64,000 nt of DNA from Octopus vulgaris. Lineage: Eukaryota. Below, in pieces: positions 13,026 to 24,282 of this stretch (position 1 is its first letter; each line of letters begins with the position of its first letter). Below the pieces are notes generated by a model. That model saw nothing but the letters and a program-made list of their open reading frames with translations, did not search any database and was not told the DNA's origin. The stretch is from positions 31,620,001-31,684,000 of the forward strand of contig OX597833.1 of assembly GCA_951406725.2 (NCBI GenBank). The letters are read 5' to 3'. The translations under genes were made by a program, and so were the position numbers.

Positions 13026-13259
13026 TATTTCTTTACTACCCACAAGGGGCTAAACACAGAGGGGACAAACAAGGACAAACAAATGGATTTAGTTGATTAC
13101 ATCGACCCCAGTGCATAACTGGTACTTAATTTATCGACCCCGAAAGGATGAAAGGCAAAGTCGACCTCGGCAGAATTTGAACTCAGAACGTAATAGTAGA
13201 CGAAATACGGCTACACATTTCGCCCGGTGTGCTAACGTTTCTGCCAGTTCGCCACCTTA
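13026..13259 (-). mobile_element. tRNA-derived SINE with 14-bp TSD AGTGGTTGTATACC
   Basis: Minus GGCGAACTGGCAGAAACGTTAGCAC head, B-box-like GAGTTCAAATTC, CATCCTTTCGGGGTCGATAAATTAAGTACC core; TSD at 13012-13025 and 13260-13273. Confidence 0.9.
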
Positions 13260-13260
13260 A

Positions 13261-13540
13261 GTGGTTGTATACCGTCAACATAATGTGACAGTCCCGTAAA
13301 GGGAATTACACCACTGCTATTTAGCCCTAGGAAGCATCGATGCTTCCTGTCAGCTTTGACACATTTCCTGTGTCCTTATATTTGCGAAGGGGAGGCAAGC
13401 ATCCCCACCAGCTAGGGCTAGCACCTAGAGACATGCATGTTTCTGAGTACATTGGTCGTCATCAGTCTAGGGTAGCCAGTCCTGCTAGTTGAGATACTTG
13501 CCAAGTCTTCGCAAAATATATATTTACAGAATTTCTAAAT
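13261..13540 (-). repeat. Hammerhead-bearing structured repeat, copy 2
   Basis: Direct repeat of copy 1; its uninterrupted CCTGCTAGTT-GAGATACTTG shows the empty insertion site. Confidence 0.85.
13424..13471 (-). ncRNA. Type I hammerhead ribozyme, copy 2 (perfect 6-bp stem I, palindromic stem III)
   Basis: Minus: CCTAGA-CTGATGA-cgaccaatgtactca-GAAA-CATGCATG-TC/TCTAGG. Confidence 0.8.
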
Positions 13541-13551
13541 GTGTGTGTGTG

Positions 13552-13582
<31 letters not shown>

Positions 13583-13604
13583 ACACATATTTTTATAAAG
13601 CAAC

Positions 13605-13810
13605 CTAAGTGGCAAGCTGCAAAATTGTTAGCACACCAGTCAAAATGCTTTGCAGTATTTCATCTGTCTTTTCATTCTGAGTTCAAATTCCACTGGGGTT
13701 GACTTTGTCTTTCATCTTTTTGAAGTTGATAAAATAAGTACCAGTTGGTGTCATCAGCTTCTCCCCTCTCCATAATTACTGGCATAGTATGAAAATTTGA
13801 AAGCAATATT
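13605..13810 (+). mobile_element. Degenerate SINE of the same family as 13026-13259
   Basis: GGCAAGCTGCAAAATTGTTAGCAC...TTCTGAGTTCAAATTC...GATAAAATAAGTACCAG. Confidence 0.65.
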
Positions 13811-15174
13811 TAATATAATTATCAAAATTTCTTTTGAATCATACGAGACCTGGTGTGAGTCATAAATTTCAAGTCAAAGAATATTTAAATCAAAAATTAT
13901 GACATTAAGCTGAGGAGACAGCAAAAAGACCAAGCGGTATAACAAACGTCTTGTTTGCAAGGTCTCTCATAGAGTATGTGACCTGTAACACTACTTCCTC
14001 CAGTGGCTAACTGATATCTTTATCAGACTCAGGCTTTCTGGCTTGACACAGATGATCACAAAGAAATGAATCAACAGCTCTGATAGTTTTCTTTCCAAAA
14101 TTTTAGTAGTGGGGAATAAATGGGAGGAGGAGAGCCTGCCAAATGTTGACTCAGTTGAGGGGACCAGCTACCCAAATCGATAGTACCCTGGTAGATAAAG
14201 CAATTAAGGATATGAAGTTAGGGAAAGCCCCCAGCCCATTAAGAATCACTGCTGAGATGCTTAAAATATCTGGTGTGGGTCATAGTCTAGTCACCTTTAT
14301 TGTAAATCAGGTAGTTCACAAAGAAGTCGTACACAATGATTGATGTAGCAGCACCATAGTCAACTGCTACAAAGGTAAAGGTGATGCTTTAGATAGACTA
14401 CAGGGGTATCAAACTGCTGGCTCAGGTGATGAAGGTCATAGCCCAACTAATTAGGAAGAGAGTTAGTCAAGATGAGATGCAGTTTGGTTTTGTGCCAGGT
14501 AGAAACACCACCGATGCTATATTTCTGGTAAGGCAACTGCAGGAGAAATATTTAGCCAAAGATAAATCTCTGCACTTGGCTTTTGTTGACTTGGAGAAAG
14601 CCTTTGACAGGGTCCCCTTTATCTGGTAGGAAATGCAGAAACTAAGGATAGACAAGTGGTTAGTAAGAACTGAACAGGCATGCTTTCAGTAAGATGAGTG
14701 TCAGCAACGAGTATAGTGAAGAATTCCAGGTAGAAGTAGGGGTTCACAAAGGATCAGTCCTCAGCCCTCTCTTATGCATCATAGTCCTCCTGGCAATAAT
14801 AAAGGAATTCAAGACAAGATGCCTCTGGGAGCTCCTCTATGCTGATGACCTTGCTCTCATAGCTGAATCACTCTCAGAACTAGAGGAGAAATTTCGGGTG
14901 TTGAAGCAAGGTCTAGAATTGAAGGGCATTAGAGTCAATGTAGCAAAAACCAAAGTCCTAGTAAGTACAAAGGTGAACAAATCACAATCCCCTTCAGGTA
15001 GATGGCTCTACTTGATCTGTAGAAAAGGTGAAGGTACCCAGTGTAAGCTATGGATACGTAAGAGGTGCTGCAATATCAAAGGAAGGTTAACCAGGATGAT
15101 AGTTTTGGGGCGCAGCAGATAGACAAGGGCAAAAAACACCAAAGATGTTCAGAAAACAGATTCCATTACATGCC

Positions 15175-15540
15175 TTCAAATCGGACCAGATCGGTAATAG
15201 CTGGATGACGCGACCGGGCGGGATATCTGAGGAATGCTACTTGGGGATACTCAAGATGCGGACCAATACGTTTCCCACCCACGAATGCCTCACTCGGGGA
15301 GGCCGAGGCGACAACATCTGCAGGAAGTGCAATAGCGCGTCAGAGACGATCTCCCACATCAGTGGCCAGTGCTCACGCCTCAAAACGCAGAGGCTGGCCA
15401 GGCACAATCGAATATGCCGGCTGGTGGCTAGAGAGGCCGAACGGTATGGATGGATGACCGGCTGGGAACCGGTCTATAGATTATCGGGATGCAGATTAAT
15501 CCCAGATCTGGTATTCCGCAACTCGAGCGAAGTAGTCGTT
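15175..15540 (+). mobile_element. Fragment of an R2/NeSL-type (RLE) non-LTR element: CCHC knuckle plus PD motif
   Basis: CRKCNSASETISHISGQC...RHNRIC...EP...LIPDLVF; GC-richer than host. Confidence 0.85.
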
Positions 15541-15676
15541 ATGCTACTTAGGTGACCAAGTCTATAGTGGGGGTGGATGCTCTGAAAGCGTTGCCACTAG
15601 AATAAGAATAGCCAGGGAAAAGTTTGGAAAGCTCCTACCTAACAAAAAGCCTCTCTCTCAGAGTGAAAGATAGACT

Positions 15677-16728
15677 TGTAGGATTAAACAACCATACGTA
15701 AGGAGTTGGTGACAAATGTCTCCTTTTGAACGCTGCACAGTCGCTCCTAACATAATAAGAAAGCCAAATACATATTATAACATACAGTGCCAAAGGAATG
15801 AATGAGGACAACAAACCGTTCTACTGTTTGAGAGAGAAGAAGTCTTTATTTACAATGTGAACAAAGAGAGTGTGTGAGTGCTAGCAAAGTGTTGTGTCTG
15901 AATGCGTGTGACAAGTATTTGTGCCCGTGTGTTTGTGTGTGCGACAGAAGGTGTAAGCACATAAAACAGAAAATACAGAATACAGAGCATAAGATAGGTT
16001 CTTAGCATATTGAGTTAAGATAGAGTTAGTTTACCAGTTCATGAGGTACACAATAGTAAGTTCTATAACAAGATGTTGTGGGTCATGTGGCAGAGCCAGT
16101 TACTACACGTATAGAAGTTGTGGCTATCATGTCATGCTGAGTTTCTTGATATAGATAGTTCTTTAGGTAGACTGTTTTCCTTGGTGAAAGATTCACACAA
16201 ACAAGCATGAGTTAAACCTGGTCGTTGTTGTTCATGTGTACATGCTGAATTCGATGGAGATGGAGACGACGATGGTGGAGACGATGTAAAGTTGAAGTAC
16301 GACGATGATGGAGACAATGGCGGAGATGGAGATCGTCCTGCATAGCGGGTGTACAATAGCGTCTTCATAGCTGGCGCAGTAGCATGGTTGGCTGCCTAGT
16401 CGTCTGTCACTGGAACTGGAACATGGCTGAGTAGCTCTGTAGTCAGTGACTAGACCTTAAAAGGTCTAAAGCCAAAAGACAAAGAATAGTGTAAACTAGC
16501 ACATTATAAAGCCTGTGGTAGACTCAAATGAAGCAGGCCTTATCTGAAGGCCGTGATTGGTTGGCTTTACACTCTGGCGTGAAATAAGTCGAGAAACAGA
16601 CCGCACCAGATGCTAACCAATCAGATCAGTGGACACAACAGGGTCAGACTAGCCAAAGATGGTTGTAATCTCAAACGAGATCATTCTTACTGTGTCTCTC
16701 AAAGAGTGAGGATATCAATATCACTATA
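15677..16728 (-). mobile_element. Solo LTR (1052 bp) with 4-bp TSD GACT
   Basis: TGTAG...CTATA termini; interrupts RTE sequence TAGACT|GTACGAT; AATAAA on minus at ~15845-15850; CCAAT boxes. Confidence 0.75.
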
Positions 16729-17413
16729 GACTGTACGATATATGTGTGCGAACAGCCATGCTACATGGCAGTGAAACATGGACCATGACTGTTGAGGACA
16801 TACATAGGCTTGAAAGAAATGAAGCTAGTATGATCTGGATGTGTAATGTCAGTGTGCACACACAATAGAATAAGTGCCCTGAGAGAAAAGTTGGACATAA
16901 GAAGCATCAGCTGTGGTGTACAAGAGAGATGACTGTGCTGGTATGGTCATGTGCTGCATATGAATGAGGAGAGCTGTGTGAAGAAGTGTTACACCCTAAC
17001 ATTGGAAGGAACCAGTGGAAGAGGGAGACCCAGGAAGACATGGGATGAGGTGGTGAACAAAAATCTAAATCAAAAGCAAATCAAGATCAAAATCAAAATG
17101 GAAATTGTAGTCGTGGCCGATGCCAGTTCCTCTTGACTGGCACCCATGCTGGTGACACATAATATGCATCATTCAAATGTAGGTCGACGCCAGTGCCTCC
17201 TAACTGGCTCCCTGTGCCGGTGGCACGTAAAAAGCACCATCCGAACGTGGTCGATGCTAGTGCCGCCTAACTGGCTCCCGTGCTGGTGGCATGTAAAAAG
17301 CACCCACTACACTCTCGGAGTGGTTGGTGTTAGGAAGGGTATCCAGCTGTAGAAAACCTGCCAGATCAGATTAGAGCCTGGCGCAGTCTACAGGCTTGCC
17401 AGTTCCTCGTCAA

Positions 17414-18133
17414 GGTACTACTCGCGCATCCACGCTAGCTAGACGTAAGTAGTCGATCCTACAACGACTTGCGCGTATGTTTCTATTTCAAGGCTGAATA
17501 CATCAAAGAAAATTAAATAATATTTTTCGAACAAAGTAAATAATTTTTTTAAACTAAGTAAATAAATTATTTTTATAAACAGACTAAGGCAATCTTTCGT
17601 CTCTAGTAGACCTTTCCGTCGATTTCCGTAAAAATTTTTTTTTCTTTTACATATGGGTTTGCGGGAACTTTTGAAGTAATGAGAGCAATAATGTAAACAC
17701 TGAATCGGCCATACATACATACATACACACACACACATGCATATACACATACACCAAGTAAAAAATTTCAGTTATCTCTCTCTTTCACACATTACTCTCT
17801 CTGTCTCTTCGCACACACTAACAGAAGCACTTCACTTACACAACATACTGTCTGTCTCCCACACCCCATCAAACACACACACGGGGACTTCAAAAAGAAA
17901 TTCCCTCGTCATAAAATCGCTTCCTCTTAGTCTCTTTCGCTCTCATTACTTCAAATATTCCCGCAAAGCCATATGTAAAAAAATAAAAGTTTTTTACGGA
18001 AATCATCGACGGAAACGTGTGCTACTACAAACGAAACATTGCCAAAAAGTCGTTGTGGGATCGACTACTTACGTCTAGCTAGCGCGGATGCGGCGAGTCC
18101 ACGCACCGGGACCACTGTTCACTAGCAGTACCC
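17414..18133. mobile_element. TIR element (MITE) with (G)GGTACT termini, inserted in RTE tail
   Basis: GCTAGCTAGACGTAAGTAGTCGATCC(T/C)ACAACGACTT inverted at both ends; degenerate ~9-bp TSD. Confidence 0.75.
17588..18043. mobile_element. Internally deleted derivative of the foldback element (GGCAAT...ATTGCC)
   Basis: Left ~100 bp matches 19897 arm; remainder matches 21956-22415. Confidence 0.8.
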
Positions 18134-19599
18134 CCAGTCAAACTGTCGAACCCATGCCAGCATGGAAAGCCGACGTTAAATGATGCCGAAAATCTTTAAT
18201 GCCTTTAAATGCCACTTATAAGTTTAAATGATTCTACAAAAAATATATTTAATGTCAACGGCTAAAGTTTATATAAGCAGAACTAAAGAGAAATCAAGAA
18301 TTGAATGAATTATCAAAATTACTAGTGAAATAATATTAATTATTTCCAAAAGAATTTTTGAGTTAATTTATCATTAAACGTGACAATAACTTTATTTTCA
18401 CCTATATCGTGTATCTAGGAACTACTACAATATTCTGCGCTAGTTTTGAGATCCTATTTGGGCAATATATGTTTATCAAACAAGTTTCAAACATTTCAGA
18501 ACAGGTGAGAATGTTGTTTGAAGCAATATTGCCACACAATAAACATATTTAAAATAATTCATCCAAATTGTAGAAGAATATTTTCAAAATTTGCCAATAT
18601 TTACCGATGTTAAATGGGAAGGTAGCCAAAGATCACTTCACACGTATCTTCATTATCATCATCATGGTGGAGACATCTCTAAAAGAATAATCTCCCGCTG
18701 TCTAGAATATTCGTGTCGCCCACAACACAGAGATAAAAAATGAATATATAGTCAACCCAGCCAAAATATTAATACGATTATCATTAGTCCCCGAACTTAG
18801 GAGGCCTGCAGATTGCTTTTGCGGTTAGTTATACATACAGATATTCAAACACACGTGCGTGGATGGGGGGGAAGATGCGTGTACATGTGTGTGTGCGAAT
18901 GTTTTATGCATGTGTATGTACGTGTGTGATTTCTGTGCGCGTGAGCGTACGTTTCTTTTTTTTTTTTTGATATGTGTATGTGTGTCGGTGTTTGCGTCCG
19001 TTGGCTTTGAGTGTGTGTGTGTGTACACGCGCGTCAAATTTGATGTAAGGGACATAACTCTAATGTAATAAATATCGATAAATATTAGGTTGTTTCACAT
19101 GAAATGTCGTATTTGAAAGGTAACAATAAAATATTTCAGGAGTGTTAGAGAACTGAGTTATTTAATCAAAGTGTGAACCATGTTCATTTATGACGTTTAC
19201 CCAAGGTTTCCATCTTTAAAAAAAAATTCGGTCCAGTTGGAGGATATGTAAACGGAACCTTTCCTCCCTTCATTTTTTTTTTTTTTTTACGGATTCCCAT
19301 GTTTTAGGCTATGGAGATTCCGATTCTGAAAAATTTCAAAAATCGCAATTTTCAAATTTCAATCTCCCTCCCCATTTCTTCATATTTCCCTTTTTCCAGA
19401 AATTTTATTTGGCGAAATACGTACAAAAATACGGAGATTATGATTCGGAAAAAAATATTGTTTGTAAAATTTCAATTTAAAAAAAAAATAAATAAATAAA
19501 AAAAAAATTAACCTCCCCCCCCCACTCAAGTAGGCTATTTACATGCTAGAAATAACAGCCAAATCTCACAAAACTGCGATAACATAATGAAAGAAAAGC

Positions 19600-19896
19600 G
19601 TATTTTCGTTTGTAGTAGCACGTTTCCGTCGATGATTTCCGTAAAAAACTTTTATTTTTTTACACATGGGCTTGCGGTAACTTCTGAAGTAATGAGAGCG
19701 AAAGAGACTAAGAGAAAGCGATTTTATGACGAGGGAAGTTTCTTTTGATTTGAAGTTACCGTGTACATGTGTGTGTGTGTGTGTTTGATGGGGTGTGCGA
19801 GACAGAAAGTATGTTGTGTAAGTGAAGTGCTTCTGTTAGTGTGTGTGAAGAGACAGAGAGAGTAATGTGTGAAAGAGAAAGATAACTGAAATTTTT
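19600..19896. mobile_element. Truncated arm of the same foldback family
   Basis: Tandem near-copy of 19897-20205; inverse of 17760-18040. Confidence 0.75.
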
Positions 19897-22415
19897 GGCG
19901 ATCTTTCGTCTCTAGTAGACCTTTCCGTCGATTTCCGTAAAAAACTTTTATTTTTTTACATATGGGCTTGCGGGAACTTTTGAAGTAATGAGAGCGAAAG
20001 AGACTAAGAGAAAGCGATTTTATGACGAGGGAAGTTCTTTTGAAGTTACCGTGCATGGGACGCATTGATGTACATGTGTGTGTGTGTGTGTTTGATGGGG
20101 TGTGGGAGACAGAAAGTATGTTGTGTAAGTGAAGTGCTTCTGTTAGTGTGTGTGAAGAGACAGAGAGAGTAATGTGTGAAAGAGAGAGATAACTGAAATT
20201 TTTTACTCGGTGTATATGTATATGTATGTATGCATGTATGTGTGTGTGTGTATGTATCTATGTATGTGTGTGTGTGTATGTATCTATGTATGTGTGTGTG
20301 CGTATGTATGTGTGTGTGTACTTATGTGTGTGTGTGTGTATGTATGTATGGCCGATTCAGTGTTTACATTATTTCGAGTTAAAACGAAAGATTACCTTTG
20401 CCTGTTTATGTAACGGTCTGCTATGTAGAAAATAATGAGGTTGACTCAATGGAATAATGACAGTGATCAAAGATATAGACAAAATTTTTTTATTTAATCG
20501 TTATACATGCCTTGTCGACTGCTACTGTGCAGCCTTAATGTCTCTGTTGATGTGACGATGGTGAAATGGTAAGAAAAAGACGGGAGAGTTATAAAATGAG
20601 GAGGAGATATTCTTCTCATGAGAAAAGAGTTGCATGCAAAGGAAAAGGTTTTGAGCAAAAGGCTTCGTTTCACGTTACTACGATCGACACAGTTTTAAAT
20701 GGGCAACCCCACCCGTCTAGCCTCAGGGTGGCATCACTCAGAATCTACAACAATGCGAGGAAGCGCATTGTGACCAGCGATATGTAGCAACATCCGACAG
20801 TCTAGTCGGTACAGTGATTTGTGTTGTTTTGAGACAAAGGGACAGTTCCGAAATGCCAAATTCCTCTTCTCCCCATGGCACACGAACTCATCCAAACTTA
20901 AGAATCAACATGGTTTTGCTAAGTCAATTGATGTGTTTTCCGTTTGACTTAAAACTTTTCCGCATCTACACAGACACCACACGAAAACAATAGGTGTCAC
21001 AGTGATATACCTCTTTTTCTACAGTCGGCCGAAATGAAGTGACAATGCCACATTCACATTCTCTATTGTCAGCATCGAGCATCGACAATTGGTGACAGAC
21101 CGACGTTATTAGAATACATCAACCACAACGATACAACAGGTTACCCACAACGTGATTCGAACACAACAACCCTGCCACAATTGCTGACCCCCGAGCCACA
21201 GAACTGCAGTTTTCGTTACTTTATCCATTACATTTGGTGAGCTCGACTTCAAAGACTTACTGCTTTAGCATCGCATGAACTCTTGCAAACAATTACAGTC
21301 CGTGCCAGTCGCATCAACAAGAATTATAGGACACAAACTTTCACGACACATAGTTTTCAGTTCCATCGTCACATGCCCAACACAACACGAAAGGAATGAA
21401 GTCACTGACTCAATGGACACACACCAATTATATTCCACATGTACTGCAACCCGATGCACAGATCCACGAGGGAAACAGTTGCCATACATAAATGCAACAC
21501 TTAGGACAGCTACCCAACCAAGAGAACTAACCTTTTCTCACATTACCAATCGGATTTTGTCACTTTTCGATACACATTTTGTACTGTTCGTTCCTTTTGC
21601 TGCACAACACAATGTTTACACATGCATATATATGCATGCTTGCACCCAGTTTCTGTGCACATCTATAGACTATTAACTTTTTTTTTCCTTTGCATGCAAC
21701 TCTTTTCTCATGAGAATATCTCCTCCTCATTTTATAACTCTCCCGTCTTTTTCTTACCATTTCACCATCGTCACATCAACAGAGACATTAAGGCTGCACA
21801 GTAACAGTCGACAAGGCATGTATAACGATTAAATAAAAAAAAATTTTGTCTATATCTTTGATCACTGTCATTATTCCATTGAGTCAACCTCATTATTTTC
21901 TACATAGCAGACCGTTACATAAACAGGCAAAGGTAATCTTTCGTTTTAACTCGAAATAATGTAAACACTGAATCGGCCATACATACATACATACACACAC
22001 ACACACATACATACACACACACACATACATACACACACACACATACATAGATACATACACACACACACACACATACATGCATACATACATATACACATAC
22101 ACCGAGTAAAAAATTTCAGTTATCTCTCTCTTTCACACATTACTCTCTCTGTCTCTTAACACACACTAACAGAAGCACTTCACTTACACAACATACTGTC
22201 TGTCTCCCACACCCCATCAAACACACACACACACACATGTACATCAATGCGTCCCATGCACGGTAACTTCAAAAGAACTTCCCTCATCATAAAATCGCTT
22301 TCTCTTAGTCTCTTTCGCTCTCATTACTTCAAAAGTTCCCGCAAGCTCATATGTAAAAAAATAAAAGTTTTTTACGGAAATCGACGGAAAGGTCTACTAG
22401 AGACAAAAGATTGCC
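19897..22415. mobile_element. Foldback DNA transposon with ~740-bp inverted arms and ~1-kb unique loop
   Basis: 19897-20646 is the reverse complement of ~21683-22415; termini GGCGATCTTTCG / CAAAAGATTGCC. Confidence 0.9.
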
Positions 22416-22840
22416 TCATTGTCCTGTTCTCCTGTTGTTGTCAAAGAGTATCCATTTCTCATCACAAGTAATGATTTGATGCAAAAGTGGGGTTTTTTTC
22501 TAGTCGATAAAGCAATAAGGAGCACACTTCGAGGCATCCGTTGTTTTTTTTAATCACGTTCAGTTGATGTAGAACAAACCTGTTTTCTTGACTTTTCTAA
22601 TTTTTTTACAGGTGTCCAAAAATAGTTGTGCGAGATGTTTGGACTTCTGATGAAAGTTTTCGAACCTCTGTTCTCGGGTTTTGTTCAACCAAAGTTAATC
22701 CATCATGCCGAATAACTAATTTTGGCCTACCCTTTGGTTTATTTTCAAGGCCATCATCTCCTGAGCGAGAGCTTTGGAACCATCTCTGAACAGTTCTGCG
22801 ACAGAGTGACCCAGTTTGTATTCATACAAGAAAATTACTC
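22416..22840 (-). pseudogene. mariner transposase N-terminal relic, truncated at the foldback end
   Basis: Minus: LYEYKLGH, RTVQRWFQ..RSGD..LE..PKGRP, IITCDEKWILFDN. Confidence 0.8.
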
Positions 22841-24282
22841 AACATAGTTTGGTTGTTATCATTTTCATAAGGTCTGTGTGTACGAATTTTGTATACCAAT
22901 ATTGTTGGGAAAGAAAAGGAGTCAAGATTAAATGCAAGGTATACATAAATGAGTTTTTAAATGACTGAAATAACAAGTAATTAAAGATGCGACATTTCAT
23001 GTGAAACAACTTAATATTAACCATTTCCTGTAGCCGGCAGAACCAAATGGTTAGCGGGATTTTTTCCAGTTTTACTTTGCCTTTATTTCTTTCAGGGTCG
23101 ATAAAATATATACTAGTCAAGTACTAAGATCAATATAATCGACTAGCTCCCATCTCTCACAATTTCAGGAGTTGTGCCTGTGGTAGAAAGAATCTTCTGC
23201 AGTAAAATGTTTTTGCTTCTGCAACGGGAAGTGTAGCTTCCGTTGCAGAAGTTGTTGATGTAGCAGGTAAAGATAAGTGTGGTGACGACATCAAAGAAAA
23301 ACAACGAGGAAAGTGCAACAGGATCTGGTATCGGTATCACTGAAAGGGTGTCGATCCGATCCCGTCACATACAATTTAGTTAGATATAACAGACGAAGTC
23401 AGGTTATCGGTGAAAGACAGCAGTTTGTTTATTAATCGCGATGGTGTACGTATATCTGATGGGAAAACGACAGCCGAATCTGTTGTACAGCTTCTTGTTC
23501 GTTGGTTGAAGTGGTTCGATGTCGTCCACGGCTAAGTCGGTGTGGTTATCAGAGACTACTAATGCACGTCTGTTCACGATGGCTGAAATGTCCAGAGAGA
23601 ATGAAGGAGTCTAGTGGGCCTTAGGGATCAGTTTCCCGCTCATGCGCATGGGGAAGACCTCTGGTGGCCACCCGGAAGTAGTCCCATTCTGCACATGCGC
23701 GCTGAACCCTACACAGTAGCATCACTACATGGCTCCCCCTCGAGTGCGGAAGTACGACAACAAGAAAATTTGTAGTGGTGCTGCAGAAAAACAGATGGCT
23801 TGTCGATCCCCCAGAAGATTTGGTACATAATATCATACAAAACAAGAAATTTGAAAGAAAGTTAAATATAGATTGTCTTTGAAAGTTTCTTGGGCCAATG
23901 CACTGTTCTGCCCGATCTTGTAACATACGGTGTGCTCGGGGCACCCGTTGACGGCGAGGGTGGTGTTGTAGGAGCCGGTGAAGGCAAAGGCGTCTGTGCA
24001 GGTGAAGGTGTTTGTGCAGGTGAAGGTGTTGTTAAAGGTGCATAGGTGGGTGTGGCAAGGCTGTCATCAAAAGATGAAGACGTCTCAAAATGTGCTTTCT
24101 TTAATCGGTCCACGGAAACGGTCTCCGAATGACCATTTATCTCAATAGTGAAAACCTTTGGCATGTGAGAAAGCACACGGAAAGGTCCTTTATAGGGAGA
24201 AACAAGTGGCCCCTTGACAGTCGTCCCGAACAAAAACATGCGACCAAGTGTCCATATCCGGTGGGAGATGGGATGGTGGAGA

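Larger units (their letters stand above)
14105..18185 (+). mobile_element. Degenerate 5'-truncated RTE LINE (RT, C-terminus, tail) with nested insertions
   Basis: QFGFVPG.NTTDAIF, FVDLEKAFDRV, GVHKGSVLSPLL, LLYADDLAL, GRGRPRKTW; tail split by a MITE. Confidence 0.85.

Noticed and set aside
18619-18630. AAGGTAGCCAAA matching the 28S R2 target
   Set aside because: Only 12 nt with no rDNA context; likely chance
21265-21676. ORFs in the foldback loop as genes
   Set aside because: Short, overlapping on both strands, no recognisable domain
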